From the NCBI GenBank assembly GCA_965220085.1, contig CBDCOZ010000003.1, positions 1,600,001 to 1,664,000 of the forward strand: 64,000 nucleotides of DNA. Direction: 5' to 3'. Source of the stretch: Candidatus Oxydemutatoraceae bacterium. GTDB lineage: Bacteria; Pseudomonadota; Gammaproteobacteria; Poriferisulfidales; Oxydemutatoraceae. The position numbers and the translations under genes are program-made. Below the pieces are notes generated by a model, which had not been told where the DNA came from, did not search any database, and saw only the letters and a list, made by a program, of their open reading frames with translations. This document shows positions 1-9,749 of the stretch, in pieces. Every line of letters begins with the position of its first letter. Position 1 is the stretch's first letter.

Positions 1-788
1 TGCATCGGCTGCCCCTGTTCGAGCATGACGTAGTTCAAAATATCCACGACCGGATGGACGCTGCGAATACCGCAACGGCGCATCCTCTCGCGGATCGGAA
101 ACGGTATCGGCGTCTTGCAATCCAATCCGGTCACGACACGCGAGACATAGAGCGGACAAGCCGCCGCTTCGACCACCGCGACATCGGCGCTTTGCTTGTG
201 CCGCGCCTCCACCGCGGCGATATCCGATGCCCGCAGATCGCATTGATACAAGGCCGCCGCCTCGCGCGCGATACCGGCAATGCTGAAACAGTCCGATCGA
301 TTGGGCGTCAAATCGAGTTTATAAATCATATCATCAAGCGATAGGTACTCTGCCAGCGCCATTCCCGCTCGCACCTCGCCGAGATCAAGCAGACCGGCCG
401 AGTCTTCCGACAGTCCCAGTTCTTTTCCCGAACACAGCATGCCCTTGGACTCAACCCCTCTGATCTTTGCGCAACCGATCTTCTTATCGCCGAGTGTCGC
501 GCCTTCCGGCGCAAACGGCGCGCACATTCCCACATAGATATTCGGCGCGCCGCATACGACCCTATGCATGCCTGCGCTGCCGGCATCGACCGTACACAGC
601 CGCAAGCGGTCCGCATTCGGGTGCCGATCAATCTCTTCTATGCGAGCGGTAACCGCTTTTGATAGCGGCGGCGCGACAGCGTTTGCCGCATCCACTTCCA
701 AGCCCGCCATCGTCAAACGCGCGCTCAAATCATGCGGATCGGGCTTTTGCCCCAACCATTCCGACAGCCATTCCAAGTTGAAATACAT
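1..788 (-). CDS. pheT: Phenylalanine--tRNA ligase beta subunit, N-terminal part (runs off the window)
   Basis: Manual translation from ATG at 788 gives MYFNLEWLSEWLGQKPDPHDLSARLTMAGLEVD, a typical PheT N-terminus; lies directly downstream of pheS; not in the ORF track because truncated. Confidence 0.93.
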   Translation of the reverse strand, partial: MYFNLEWLSEWLGQKPDPHDLSARLTMAGLEVDAANAVAPPLSKAVTARIEEIDRHPNADRLRLCTVDAGSAGMHRVVCGAPNIYVGMCAPFAPEGATLGDKKIGCAKIRGVESKGMLCSGKELGLSEDSAGLLDLGEVRAGMALAEYLSLDDMIYKLDLTPNRSDCFSIAGIAREAAALYQCDLRASDIAAVEARHKQSADVAVVEAAACPLYVSRVVTGLDCKTPIPFPIRERMRRCGIRSVHPVVDILNYVMLEQGQPM

Positions 789-794
789 CGCCTT

Positions 795-1796
795 CTAACT
801 CCGAAATTGCGAAAGAAACGCCAGGTGGTTATCAAAAAGCAATCGCATGTCGTCAATGCCATATTTCAACATTGCGAGACGCTCGACCCCCATGCCGAAG
901 GCATAGCCCGCATACCGCTCCGCATCCGTGTCGACCGCTTTGAACACATTCGGATGTACCATGCCGCAACCCATGACTTCAAGCCACCCGGCTTGCCCGC
1001 CTTCGCGACGAATGTCAATTTCAGCCGACGGCTCGGTAAAGGGAAAGTAAGACGGACGAAAACGTATCCGTATCTCCTCGCCCTCAAAAAACTCGCGCAA
1101 GAAGGCGTTCACGACGCCCTTGAGTCGGGCAAACGATACTTCCCGCGCCTCGTCCACCGCCAGCCCTTCAATCTGGTGAAACATCGGGCTATGCGTCGGA
1201 TCCAAATCACGACGGTATACGCGCCCGGGCACGATAATCCGAATCGGGGGTTGCGCGCTCCGCATCACCCTGATTTGAACCGGCGATGTGTGCGTCCGCA
1301 GCAACAGGTCGTTAGCCAAGTAGAATGTGTCGTGCATCGCCCGAGCCGGATGGTGCGGCGGTATATTGAGCGCTTCAAAATTATGGAAGCTGTCCTCCGC
1401 TTCGGGCCCTTCTTTGACTTCAAAGCCGATACGCGAGAATAATTCTTCGACCTCTTCTATCACCTGCGTAACAGGATGCGCGCAACCGACATCCTGCTCT
1501 TCTCCGGGCGCCGTCACATCGACCCGCTCGCTATCCAAGCGGTCGCGCAACTCAATCTCGCGAAGCGCTTGCCGCCGGCGCCGGATTGCATCGGCAATGG
1601 TGTCTTTCAGTCGGTTTGCGGCTTGACCGATCGCCGCTCTCTGATCTGCGGGCAATTGGCTTAAGGATTTCAGGCGTTCGGTAACGATACCTTTCTTGCC
1701 GAGATATTCAACCCGCAGGTTTTCCAAGTCTTGCGCATCGGCACACCGCTCTATCCGCGCGCATGCTTCCGACACAAGCCGTTCAAACTCAGTCAT
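795..1796 (-). CDS. pheS: Phenylalanine--tRNA ligase alpha subunit
   Basis: Motifs HPARAMHDTFY, LRTHTSPVQIR, FRPSYFPFTEPS, GMGVERLAML. Confidence 0.98.
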   Translation of the reverse strand: MTEFERLVSEACARIERCADAQDLENLRVEYLGKKGIVTERLKSLSQLPADQRAAIGQAANRLKDTIADAIRRRRQALREIELRDRLDSERVDVTAPGEEQDVGCAHPVTQVIEEVEELFSRIGFEVKEGPEAEDSFHNFEALNIPPHHPARAMHDTFYLANDLLLRTHTSPVQIRVMRSAQPPIRIIVPGRVYRRDLDPTHSPMFHQIEGLAVDEAREVSFARLKGVVNAFLREFFEGEEIRIRFRPSYFPFTEPSAEIDIRREGGQAGWLEVMGCGMVHPNVFKAVDTDAERYAGYAFGMGVERLAMLKYGIDDMRLLFDNHLAFLSQFRS

Positions 1797-1814
1797 GGCA
1801 TGTCACATGCGCGT

Positions 1815-2174
1815 CTAGCGCGCAAGCGCTTGCTTTGCTTTCTCGGCAATCTTGCCGAAAGTCTCCGAATCGGTAACCGCCAAGTCAGAAAGCATTTTTC
1901 GGTCTATCTCAATCCCGGCCTTGGCAATACCGTTCATCATGCGGCTATAAGATAATCCGTTCAAGCGAGCGGCCGCATTAATCCTGATAATCCATAAACT
2001 GCGGAAATTACGTTTGCGCTGACGGCGATCGCGGTATGCATACTGTCCGGCACGGATAACCGCCTGCTTGGCAACGCGAAAGGTGCGGCTGCGAGCGCCA
2101 TAATAGCCGCGGGCTTTTTTCAACACCCCTTTGTGCCGGGCGCGGGTAGTAACTCCTCTTTTAACTCGGGACAT
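1815..2174 (-). CDS. rplT: 50S ribosomal protein L20
   Basis: MSRVKRGV...[24 protein letters not shown]. Confidence 0.98.
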   Translation of the reverse strand: MSRVKRGVTTRARHKGVLKKARGYYGARSRTFRVAKQAVIRAGQYAYRDRRQRKRNFRSLWIIRINAAARLNGLSYSRMMNGIAKAGIEIDRKMLSDLAVTDSETFGKIAEKAKQALAR

Positions 2175-2186
2175 CGGCGAACCCTC

Positions 2187-2384
2187 CTATGCGTACGGCA
2201 ACATGCGGCGCACAGCGCGCGCATCATGAGAATGAACAGTCGTCGGCGAACGCAAATTGCGCTTGCGCTTGGAATTCTTTTTGGTCAGGATATGACGCAT
2301 ATGCGATTGCTTCCTGCGAAACGCGCCGCCGGCTGTTTTGCGAAAGCGCTTGGCCGCGCCGCGATTTGTTTTCATCTTAGGCAT
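2187..2384 (-). CDS. rpmI: 50S ribosomal protein L35
   Basis: [14 protein letters not shown]...HILTKK; operon position. Confidence 0.98.
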   Translation of the reverse strand: MPKMKTNRGAAKRFRKTAGGAFRRKQSHMRHILTKKNSKRKRNLRSPTTVHSHDARAVRRMLPYA

Positions 2385-2908
2385 TATCCTGTCGCTCTCC
2401 TCGGCGCCAAAACCATGACCATCTGCCGCCCTTCGGCGCGCGGCGGCTGCTCCACGACGGCTTTTTCGGACAAGTCATTGCGTACCCGCTCGAGAACGCC
2501 CAGCCCGATATCGCGGTGCGCCATCTCCCGCCCGCGGAAACGTAACACGACTTTGGTCTTGTCCCCATCGGCCAGAAACCGGGTCAAGCTGCGTAATTTG
2601 GTTTGATAATCCATCTCTTCTGTCACGGGTCTAAATTTAATTTCTTTTACTTGGGTGCGCTTCTGCCTCTTCTTCGCTTGCTGCACTTTCTTGCGCAGTT
2701 CAAACCGGAATTTGCCATAGTTCATTAAACGACAAACGGGCGGCTCCGTATTGGGCGCCAATTCAACCAAGTCGAGATCCTGCTTGGCAGCGGAAGCGCG
2801 CGCGGCCTCAATATTAACAATCCCCAAGTTATTGCCCGAAGCATCTATCAGACGCACTTTGGGGCAATCGATTTCGCCGTTCAGACGATTCTTCTTTATT
2901 GCTGTAAT
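2384..2908 (-). CDS. infC: Translation initiation factor IF-3, probable non-canonical ATT start
   Basis: [29 protein letters not shown] motifs; the frame extends upstream of the track's GTG to ATT at 2908, preceded by a GAGG RBS. Confidence 0.95.
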   Translation of the reverse strand: MTAIKKNRLNGEIDCPKVRLIDASGNNLGIVNIEAARASAAKQDLDLVELAPNTEPPVCRLMNYGKFRFELRKKVQQAKKRQKRTQVKEIKFRPVTEEMDYQTKLRSLTRFLADGDKTKVVLRFRGREMAHRDIGLGVLERVRNDLSEKAVVEQPPRAEGRQMVMVLAPRRATG

Positions 2909-2912
2909 CTGA

Positions 2913-4817
2913 CTAACCTCTTGTCATTATGACTTTCTGCATTCTCTTAATAAGCTCCTCGCCGGGCATAACCCCCAAATCTTTTCCATCGAGTAATCTC
3001 ACCGCAACGGTTCCGGAGGCGACTTCCGCATCGCCCGCAACTAACATATACGGAACACGCTGCAAAGTGTGGCTACGGATTTTATATCCTATTTTCTCAT
3101 TTCTCAAGTCATAATTTGCCCGGATTCCTTCTCGCCGCAAGTTTTCCGTCAGTTGGGCGGCATATTGCGCCTGCTTGTCGGTAATATTCATCACGACCGC
3201 CTGTATCGGCGCCAGCCACAAAGGCAGTTTCCCGCCATAGTGTTCAATCAATATGCCGATAAACCGCTCCAATGAGCCGAGAATAGCGCGGTGTATCATC
3301 ACCGGCGGTTTCTTGCCGCCGTCCTCATCGACATATTCCGCGCCGAGCCGCTCGGGCATGGAGAAGTCCAGTTGAATGGTGCCGCACTGCCATTTGCGCT
3401 TTAAGCTGTCTTCCAATGTGAATTCAATCTTCGGGCCATAAAAAGCCCCCTCTCCGGGTTGCGTTATGAATTCCAACCGATGATCTTTTAACACGCTCTC
3501 CAAAATATTTTCGGCGGCATTCCACAGCCGGTCGGAACCGACATGTTCTTGCGGCTTGGTCGAGAAGGCGACTATCACGTCATGAAAACCGAAATCGCGG
3601 TAGGCGTTAAAAGTCATATCGATCAACTTGCTCAACTCATCGCGCAGTTGGGCTTCGGCACAGAAAATATGCGCATCATCCTGGGTGAAACGACGCGCTC
3701 TCATCAGACCGTGTAACGTGCCCGACGGTTCGTTGCGGTGCACGATGCCAAACTCGGAAATTCTATACGGCAAATCGCGGTAACTCTTTAGGCTCTGCTT
3801 GAAAATCTCAACATGCCCGGGGCAATTCATCGGTTTGATCGCATAGTCGCGCTTTTCGGACTCGGTTACAAATATCATCTCGCCGAACTTCTGCCAGTGC
3901 CCCGAACGCTCCCATAACGAACGGTCCAGCATCTGCGGCGTATGCACCTCGTAATAATCTCCCGCTAGCAACTGACGAATATAGTCTTCCACCGTGCGAT
4001 ACAGTGTCCAACCTTTCTCGTGCCAAAAAACCATCCCCGGCGCTTCCTGCTGGAAGTGAAATAACTCCAACTGTCTGCCGAGCTTTCTGTGGTCGCGCTT
4101 CTCCGCTTCGGCCAACAACTCAAGATACTCGTTCAGATTCTTCTGCGAATCCCAGGCGGCGCCGTAAATACGTTGCAACATCTCGCGGTTGTGGTCGCCG
4201 CGCCAATAGGCGCCGGCCAGACCGGTCAATGCAAACGCCCGCAGATGGCGCGTATTCGGCACATGGGGGCCGCGGCACATATCGATATATTCTTGATGAT
4301 GGTACAAGGCAACCGCTTCATCGTCGCCTATGCCTTGGGCGATCTCCACTTTATACGGCTCGTTGCGCCGCCGAAACACCTCTATCGCTTGCTCGCGCGA
4401 TACCGCCTCGCGCACCACCTCATAGTCTTTTGCCGCAAGCTCGCGCATACGCTCTTCGATAGCGCGCATGTCGTCTTCGCCAAAGTGTTTCTCACAGGCA
4501 ATGTCGTAGTAAAAGCCGTTCTCTGTCACCGGGCCTATCGACATTTGCGCATCCGGGTAGAGCTGCTTCACCGCGTGTCCCATCAAGTGGGCGAAGGAAT
4601 GGCGGATGATCTCAAGACCTTCGCGATCACGCGGGGTAATAATCCGCACCGCGGCATCGTGATTCACTTCGACGCACGCATCCACGAGTTTGCCGTCAAC
4701 ATCGCCGGCAAGCGCAACCTCGGCCAGACCGGGGCCAATCGACTCGGCGATTTGCATGACTGTCAACGGGCGGTCAAAGGCTTTGACCGAGCCGTCGGGA
4801 AGTTTGATTTGGGGCAT
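2913..4817 (-). CDS. thrS: Threonine--tRNA ligase
   Basis: TGS N-terminus, DMCRGPHVP, RDHRKLG, KPMNCPGH, IHRAILGSLERF. Confidence 0.98.
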   Translation of the reverse strand: MPQIKLPDGSVKAFDRPLTVMQIAESIGPGLAEVALAGDVDGKLVDACVEVNHDAAVRIITPRDREGLEIIRHSFAHLMGHAVKQLYPDAQMSIGPVTENGFYYDIACEKHFGEDDMRAIEERMRELAAKDYEVVREAVSREQAIEVFRRRNEPYKVEIAQGIGDDEAVALYHHQEYIDMCRGPHVPNTRHLRAFALTGLAGAYWRGDHNREMLQRIYGAAWDSQKNLNEYLELLAEAEKRDHRKLGRQLELFHFQQEAPGMVFWHEKGWTLYRTVEDYIRQLLAGDYYEVHTPQMLDRSLWERSGHWQKFGEMIFVTESEKRDYAIKPMNCPGHVEIFKQSLKSYRDLPYRISEFGIVHRNEPSGTLHGLMRARRFTQDDAHIFCAEAQLRDELSKLIDMTFNAYRDFGFHDVIVAFSTKPQEHVGSDRLWNAAENILESVLKDHRLEFITQPGEGAFYGPKIEFTLEDSLKRKWQCGTIQLDFSMPERLGAEYVDEDGGKKPPVMIHRAILGSLERFIGILIEHYGGKLPLWLAPIQAVVMNITDKQAQYAAQLTENLRREGIRANYDLRNEKIGYKIRSHTLQRVPYMLVAGDAEVASGTVAVRLLDGKDLGVMPGEELIKRMQKVIMTRG

Positions 4818-4841
4818 CGGAACTTTATCTCATATAAATAA

Positions 4842-4906
4842 ATGCACACGAACAACTCAGTTGTTCGCGAATAGTTTAATGCACACGAACAACACTCGGT
4901 TGTTTG
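4842..4906. repeat. Two tandem palindromic units (ATGCACACGAACAAC...GTTGTT) between tRNA-Val and thrS
   Basis: Direct repeat ATGCACACGAACAAC twice, each followed by GTTGTT and able to form a hairpin; 19 bp (4888-4906) are identical to 20450-20468. Confidence 0.75.
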
Positions 4907-4918
4907 CGGGTTGCTTAA

Positions 4919-4995
4919 TGGTAGGCGCGATTGGATTCGAACCAACGACCCCCACCATGTCAAGGTGGTGCTCTAACCAACTGAGCTACGCGCCT
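4919..4995 (-). tRNA. tRNA-Val (GAC)
   Basis: Reverse complement AGGCGCGTAGCTCAGTTGGTTAGAGCACCACCTT-GAC-ATGGTGGGGGTCGTTGGTTCGAATCCAATCGCGCCTACCA: cloverleaf, T-loop and CCA end. Confidence 0.97.
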
Positions 4996-5077
4996 GTCAA
5001 ATAATCGGATTAATCAGCCGCTATTATAAGGCAAATATACCGGTCTTTGCGCAAAGAGTGCGGACACAATCGGCGCA

Positions 5078-7096
5078 TCACTTGAAAGCCCGTTCTTTGA
5101 TTGCTTTAATCTGATCGCGCAAGCGCGCCGCTTCTTCAAATTCAAGGTTTCGCGCATGACGGAACATGACATCTTCCATTTGTTTGATTTCTTCCGTCGC
5201 TTGCTGCGGTGTTAAATCGCAATAATCGGCGAGTTTCGCCTCGGCCACACGCCGGCGCTTTTTGCTTTTGGTCGCTTGCTTTGAATAAGCCCCCTCCATG
5301 ATATCGGCTACTTTCTTTTGCACCCCCTGCGGGCGGATGCCATGTTCGGCATTGAACAGGACCTGCTTGTCGCGGCGCCGGTTTGTCTCCTTCACCGCGG
5401 CGGCGATCGAACCCGTCTCTTTATCGGCGTACAACACCGCCTTGCCGTTGATATGACGCGCCGCTCTTCCGATGGTTTGAACCAATGACGTCTCGGAACG
5501 CAAAAAGCCTTCTTTGTCGGCATCCAATACCGCAACCAAAGACACTTCCGGAATATCCAGCCCTTCGCGCAATAAATTAATCCCGACCAGCACATCAAAC
5601 ACTCCCATCCTCAAGTCGCGGATGATCTCGACGCGTTCGACGGTATCTATATCGGAATGGAGATAACGCACCCTCACACCGTGCTCAAACAGATATTCGG
5701 TCAAGTCTTCCGCCATCCGCTTGGTCAAAGTCGTCACCAACACCCTTTCGTCGCAATCGGCGCGCCGATTGATCTCCTCCAGCACATCATCCACTTGCGT
5801 CGTCGCCGGTCTGATTTCAACTTCCGGGTCAATCAGCCCGGTCGGCCGCACCACCTGTTCGGCCACCTTGGCGCTGTGCTTGCGTTCGTAAGGCCCCGGG
5901 GTTGCCGAAATAAATACAATCTGCGGGGACAGGGCGATAAACTCCTCAAATTGAAGCGGACGATTATCCAGCGCCGACGGGAGACGGAAACCGTATTCCA
6001 CCAGTGTTCTCTTGCGCGCATGGTCGCCGCGGTACATGCCCATAAACTGCGGCACCGACACGTGACTTTCATCCATCACCATCATCGCATCCGGCGGCAG
6101 ATAATCGATCAGACACGGCGGCGGTTCGCCGGCCTCGCGCCCGGACAAATAACGCGAGTAGTTCTCAATCCCGCTGCAATAACCCAACTCGCTCATCATC
6201 TCCAAATCAAAGTTAGTCCGCTGCTCCAGACGCTGTGCTTCGACCAGTTTGTTCGCGCGAGTCAATGCGCCAAGGCGCTCGCTCAATTCTTTCTTCGCCT
6301 CTTCAATCGTATGCAGAATCGTTTCCCGCGGCGTCACATAATGTGTCTTCGGGTAGATTGTCAGCCGCGGCGCTTCGCGCAATGTCTCGCCGGTCAGCGG
6401 GTCAAAGTAGCCGAGTTTTTCTATCTCGTCATCAAACAGCTCAACGCGCACCGCTTCGCGATCCGACTCCGCGGGGTGCACATCGATGACATCGCCGCGG
6501 ACGCGAAAGCATCCGCGACGCAACTCCGTATCGTTGCGGGCATATTGCAGTTCGGCCAAGCGGCGCAGAATCTGCCGCTGGGTCGTGTGATCTCCGCGGT
6601 CAAGGTGCAAAACCATGCTCAGATATTTGCGCGGATCGCCCAGACCATAGATGGCCGATACGGTGCCGACAATAATCGCATCGCGCCGCTCAAACAGCGC
6701 TTTGGTCGCCGACAAACGCATCTGCTCAATGTGATCATTGACCGATGCATCTTTCTCTATATAGGTATCGCTGCTCGGCACATAGGCCTCGGGCTGGTAA
6801 TAATCGTAGTAGGATACGAAATATTCCACCGCGGCCGCGGGAAAAAAGCTTTTCATTTCGCCATATAATTGCGCCGCCAATGTCTTGTTGGGAGCGAGTA
6901 CGATCGTCGGTCGTTGGACCCTCTCAATGACATTGGCGACGGTAAAGGTCTTGCCGGAACCGGTCACGCCAAGCAGGGTCTGGTAGGCACAGCCTTGTTC
7001 AAGCCCTTCGACGAGCGCCGTTATTGCCTCCGGCTGGTCGCCCGCGGGCCGATAATTGCTCTCTAACAGGAAATGGGAACTATCCGCCGAACGCAT
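5078..7096 (-). CDS. uvrB: Excinuclease ABC subunit B (start may extend to 7141)
   Basis: [47 protein letters not shown]-terminal UVR motif. Confidence 0.98.
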   Translation of the reverse strand: MRSADSSHFLLESNYRPAGDQPEAITALVEGLEQGCAYQTLLGVTGSGKTFTVANVIERVQRPTIVLAPNKTLAAQLYGEMKSFFPAAAVEYFVSYYDYYQPEAYVPSSDTYIEKDASVNDHIEQMRLSATKALFERRDAIIVGTVSAIYGLGDPRKYLSMVLHLDRGDHTTQRQILRRLAELQYARNDTELRRGCFRVRGDVIDVHPAESDREAVRVELFDDEIEKLGYFDPLTGETLREAPRLTIYPKTHYVTPRETILHTIEEAKKELSERLGALTRANKLVEAQRLEQRTNFDLEMMSELGYCSGIENYSRYLSGREAGEPPPCLIDYLPPDAMMVMDESHVSVPQFMGMYRGDHARKRTLVEYGFRLPSALDNRPLQFEEFIALSPQIVFISATPGPYERKHSAKVAEQVVRPTGLIDPEVEIRPATTQVDDVLEEINRRADCDERVLVTTLTKRMAEDLTEYLFEHGVRVRYLHSDIDTVERVEIIRDLRMGVFDVLVGINLLREGLDIPEVSLVAVLDADKEGFLRSETSLVQTIGRAARHINGKAVLYADKETGSIAAAVKETNRRRDKQVLFNAEHGIRPQGVQKKVADIMEGAYSKQATKSKKRRRVAEAKLADYCDLTPQQATEEIKQMEDVMFRHARNLEFEEAARLRDQIKAIKERAFK

Positions 7097-7212
7097 CGGC
7101 GGCGGCTTATTATTTTTTTCTTTGCTTTCAATCATCAGCATAGTATGATACCGCCAGTTCGGATATTTTCCGCCCGATATAACATTCTATTTGCATATAT
7201 TTTTGACTGCCA

Positions 7213-8394
7213 GTGCCAATTTCTCTCTCTTCGCGTAGCCAAGAAGTCAGCCCGTCGCAGACGCTTAGCATCTCCGCGCTTTGTAACCGGCTTATCGCAC
7301 AAAAAAAAGATGTCATCAATTTGTCGGTCGGGCAATCGGATTTCCCGATGCCCGATCACGCCAAGCAAGCCGCAATTGAGGCGGTGCGCAAAAACATGAC
7401 ACGCTATACCGCGGTAGACGGCACCGCCGAACTCAAGCGCGCCATCGCAAATAAATTCAAACGCGAAAACAATCTGCGCTACGCCGATGCGCAAATTATC
7501 GCTTCAAACGGCGCCAAACACAGCTTGTCCCTGTTATGCCAAGCGTTGCTGAACGCAGGCGACGAAGTCATCATTCCGGCGCCGTTCTGGACGACCTATC
7601 CGGAAATCGTGAAGTTGGCGGATGGCAATCCGGTCGCCATCACAGCCGGCCTCGCACAAAATTTTAAGATCACCGCCGAACAACTGGAGGCGCATATCAA
7701 TGAGCGCACCAAAATGTTGCTGCTCAATAGCCCGAATAATCCCGCGGGGACTTGTTACACGGCGGACGAATTCGCCGCCATCGGCGCGGTGCTGGAGAAG
7801 CACCCCCGGGTCCTGATATGCAGCGATGATATCTACGAACACTTTGTTTTTGACAATCAGCCTTTCGTCAATATCTTAAATGTTTGCCCCGACCTTTGCC
7901 CGAGAACCATCGTCGTCAACGGGGTTTCCAAAGCGTATTCGATGACCGGCTTGCGTATCGGGTATGCCGCCGGCCCCGCGGAAATTATCGCCGCTATGAA
8001 AAAAATACAATCGCAGAGCGCCTCCAATCCCTGCTCCATATCCCAAGCAGCCGCGCGCGCCGCGCTGGAAGGAGACAACGACTTCCTGGCGGAAATACGA
8101 CAAGAATTCATCAAACGGCGGGACTTCTTGGTTGCGCAACTCAGGCAATTTAAGGGTGTTGATCTGGTCGTCCCCGCGGGAAGTTTTTATATTTTCCCGG
8201 ATTTTTCGTCTGCGCTGGATACTTTTGACCAAGCCTCCGACGATTTGACGCTGGCCGAATACCTGCTCAAAGAACTCTATGTTGCGACAGTCCCCGGCAT
8301 CGCATTCGGCATGCCGAATCACCTGCGCATATCGTTCTCGGTCGCATTTGATGCGCTGGAACGCGGCTGCGAACGACTCGCCAAAGTGTTCTGA
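7213..8394 (+). CDS. PLP-dependent class I aminotransferase (aspartate aminotransferase-like)
   Basis: LNSPNNPAG, SDDIYEH, NGVSKAYSMTGLRIGY motifs. Confidence 0.92.
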   Translation: MPISLSSRSQEVSPSQTLSISALCNRLIAQKKDVINLSVGQSDFPMPDHAKQAAIEAVRKNMTRYTAVDGTAELKRAIANKFKRENNLRYADAQIIASNGAKHSLSLLCQALLNAGDEVIIPAPFWTTYPEIVKLADGNPVAITAGLAQNFKITAEQLEAHINERTKMLLLNSPNNPAGTCYTADEFAAIGAVLEKHPRVLICSDDIYEHFVFDNQPFVNILNVCPDLCPRTIVVNGVSKAYSMTGLRIGYAAGPAEIIAAMKKIQSQSASNPCSISQAAARAALEGDNDFLAEIRQEFIKRRDFLVAQLRQFKGVDLVVPAGSFYIFPDFSSALDTFDQASDDLTLAEYLLKELYVATVPGIAFGMPNHLRISFSVAFDALERGCERLAKVF

Positions 8395-9525
8395 TTATTT
8401 GCTCCGTAATTTGAATTTGGAGCGGTACCCTTCCATCAGATACGCCACACGCTGTTCGCGCTCGGGGCTGTCCGATGATCGCTTGGCCCGCCCTTCCGGG
8501 GCGGCGCCGACCTTTATCGTCTCAATAGCCTGATGCGCGCCGCCCCGCACTTCGCATTCAATCATAAATAATTTGTAGTTATCCGGCGGCGACACATCGG
8601 TGCAAGCGCGCAAATGCGGAAAATCAAAGTATTGATACACACGATAGTGTTCCCGTAACAGATCAAAATAGCGCGGCTCCCTCTCGTCGGTCATGATATA
8701 GAGCGTCGCGCCTTGTGGCAAAAAAGTTTGAAGGCGATCGAGGATTGCTTGCGGCGATGTGGCCTTGTCTATGGCGGGAATGCCTTCGGCGAACTCGCCT
8801 CGCCGAATGTGCAGGGCGTAGTATTTTTCCCCCAGAACGGCAATCACATCCTGTGCGGCTGTCTTTATATCTTGCGCCACCGGCAAATGAACGATGCAAA
8901 CCGGCCAATAGCGATAATGCAGCGATCTCGGCAGCGACATCAGCAGGCGCCTGACCCACGGACGGTTCAGGTTTATATTCCTATGTCTCGGGTAACGCAC
9001 TTTATTCCACCAATAATCGGGCCACCTGCACCGCCAGTTAGTCCACTCTGCGTTGAACGCATCGGCGCGGGCGATCAATTTATAGCGGCGGTTTTTCCTC
9101 AGGCTTATTCTGCGGTGCGCGGCGATTTGCGCGAACTCGCCTCGCGCAAAATTCAATCGTTGCGATTCATCGTATTCGATATATTTGAAGTCCCCGCCGG
9201 AGATGACCCGGTTCTTGAAAAAGCGCGCCGCCAACCCATCGTATCGCACGTGTATGCTGATCTTATCCAGATCGTAATAACACTTCCACGAAGACTCAAT
9301 CCTGTAATCGAGATTATGCGACGGTCGTAATATCGGCGGCAACAGAATCGGAATGCGGTCCAACATGACCGCCTCCTCTATGAACGCCTCCAGATTACGC
9401 GTGCAATGCGTCAAACCGCGCCCGATATCATCGTCTATGCGCGCATCTTTTTGCAGCACAAATGCGCCGTCATCGCCCGCTCCCGCCGAGTACGGCGTTG
9501 CCAAATATAAAAGGTATCTATCCAT
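8395..9525 (-). CDS. Hypothetical protein, putative GT-B fucosyltransferase-like (O-FucT/NodZ-like); paralog of 26883-28019
   Basis: YYALHIRRGE and LYIMTDERE resemble the HxRRGD/xTD motifs of GDP-fucose transferases; aligns end to end with the paralog. Confidence 0.6.
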   Translation of the reverse strand: MDRYLLYLATPYSAGAGDDGAFVLQKDARIDDDIGRGLTHCTRNLEAFIEEAVMLDRIPILLPPILRPSHNLDYRIESSWKCYYDLDKISIHVRYDGLAARFFKNRVISGGDFKYIEYDESQRLNFARGEFAQIAAHRRISLRKNRRYKLIARADAFNAEWTNWRCRWPDYWWNKVRYPRHRNINLNRPWVRRLLMSLPRSLHYRYWPVCIVHLPVAQDIKTAAQDVIAVLGEKYYALHIRRGEFAEGIPAIDKATSPQAILDRLQTFLPQGATLYIMTDEREPRYFDLLREHYRVYQYFDFPHLRACTDVSPPDNYKLFMIECEVRGGAHQAIETIKVGAAPEGRAKRSSDSPEREQRVAYLMEGYRSKFKLRSK

Positions 9526-9661
9526 GCCCGAAGGCTTTAACCGTAACTGTCATACAAACATCCGTATTCGCATACCGAATACGGCGCCAAAAGATAATAG
9601 TAGAAATGCTATGGCCGCTCAGTATAATGGGGTTTGGTTTCGATGAGAAGCCCTCTCCTGT

Positions 9662-9737
9662 TCCCCGGTAGCTCAGTTGGCAGAGCGGGTGGCTGTTAAC
9701 CACTAGGTCGGCGGTTCGAGCCCGTCCCGGGGAGCCA
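9662..9737 (+). tRNA. tRNA-Asn (GTT)
   Basis: TCCCCGGTAGCTCAGTTGGCAGAGCGGGTGGCT-GTT-AACCACTAGGTCGGCGGTTCGAGCCCGTCCCGGGGAGCCA. Confidence 0.97.
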
Positions 9738-9749
9738 CACAGAAAGCCA

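Noticed and set aside
7097-7212. LexA box upstream of uvrB
   Set aside because: No CTGT-N8-ACAG palindrome seen
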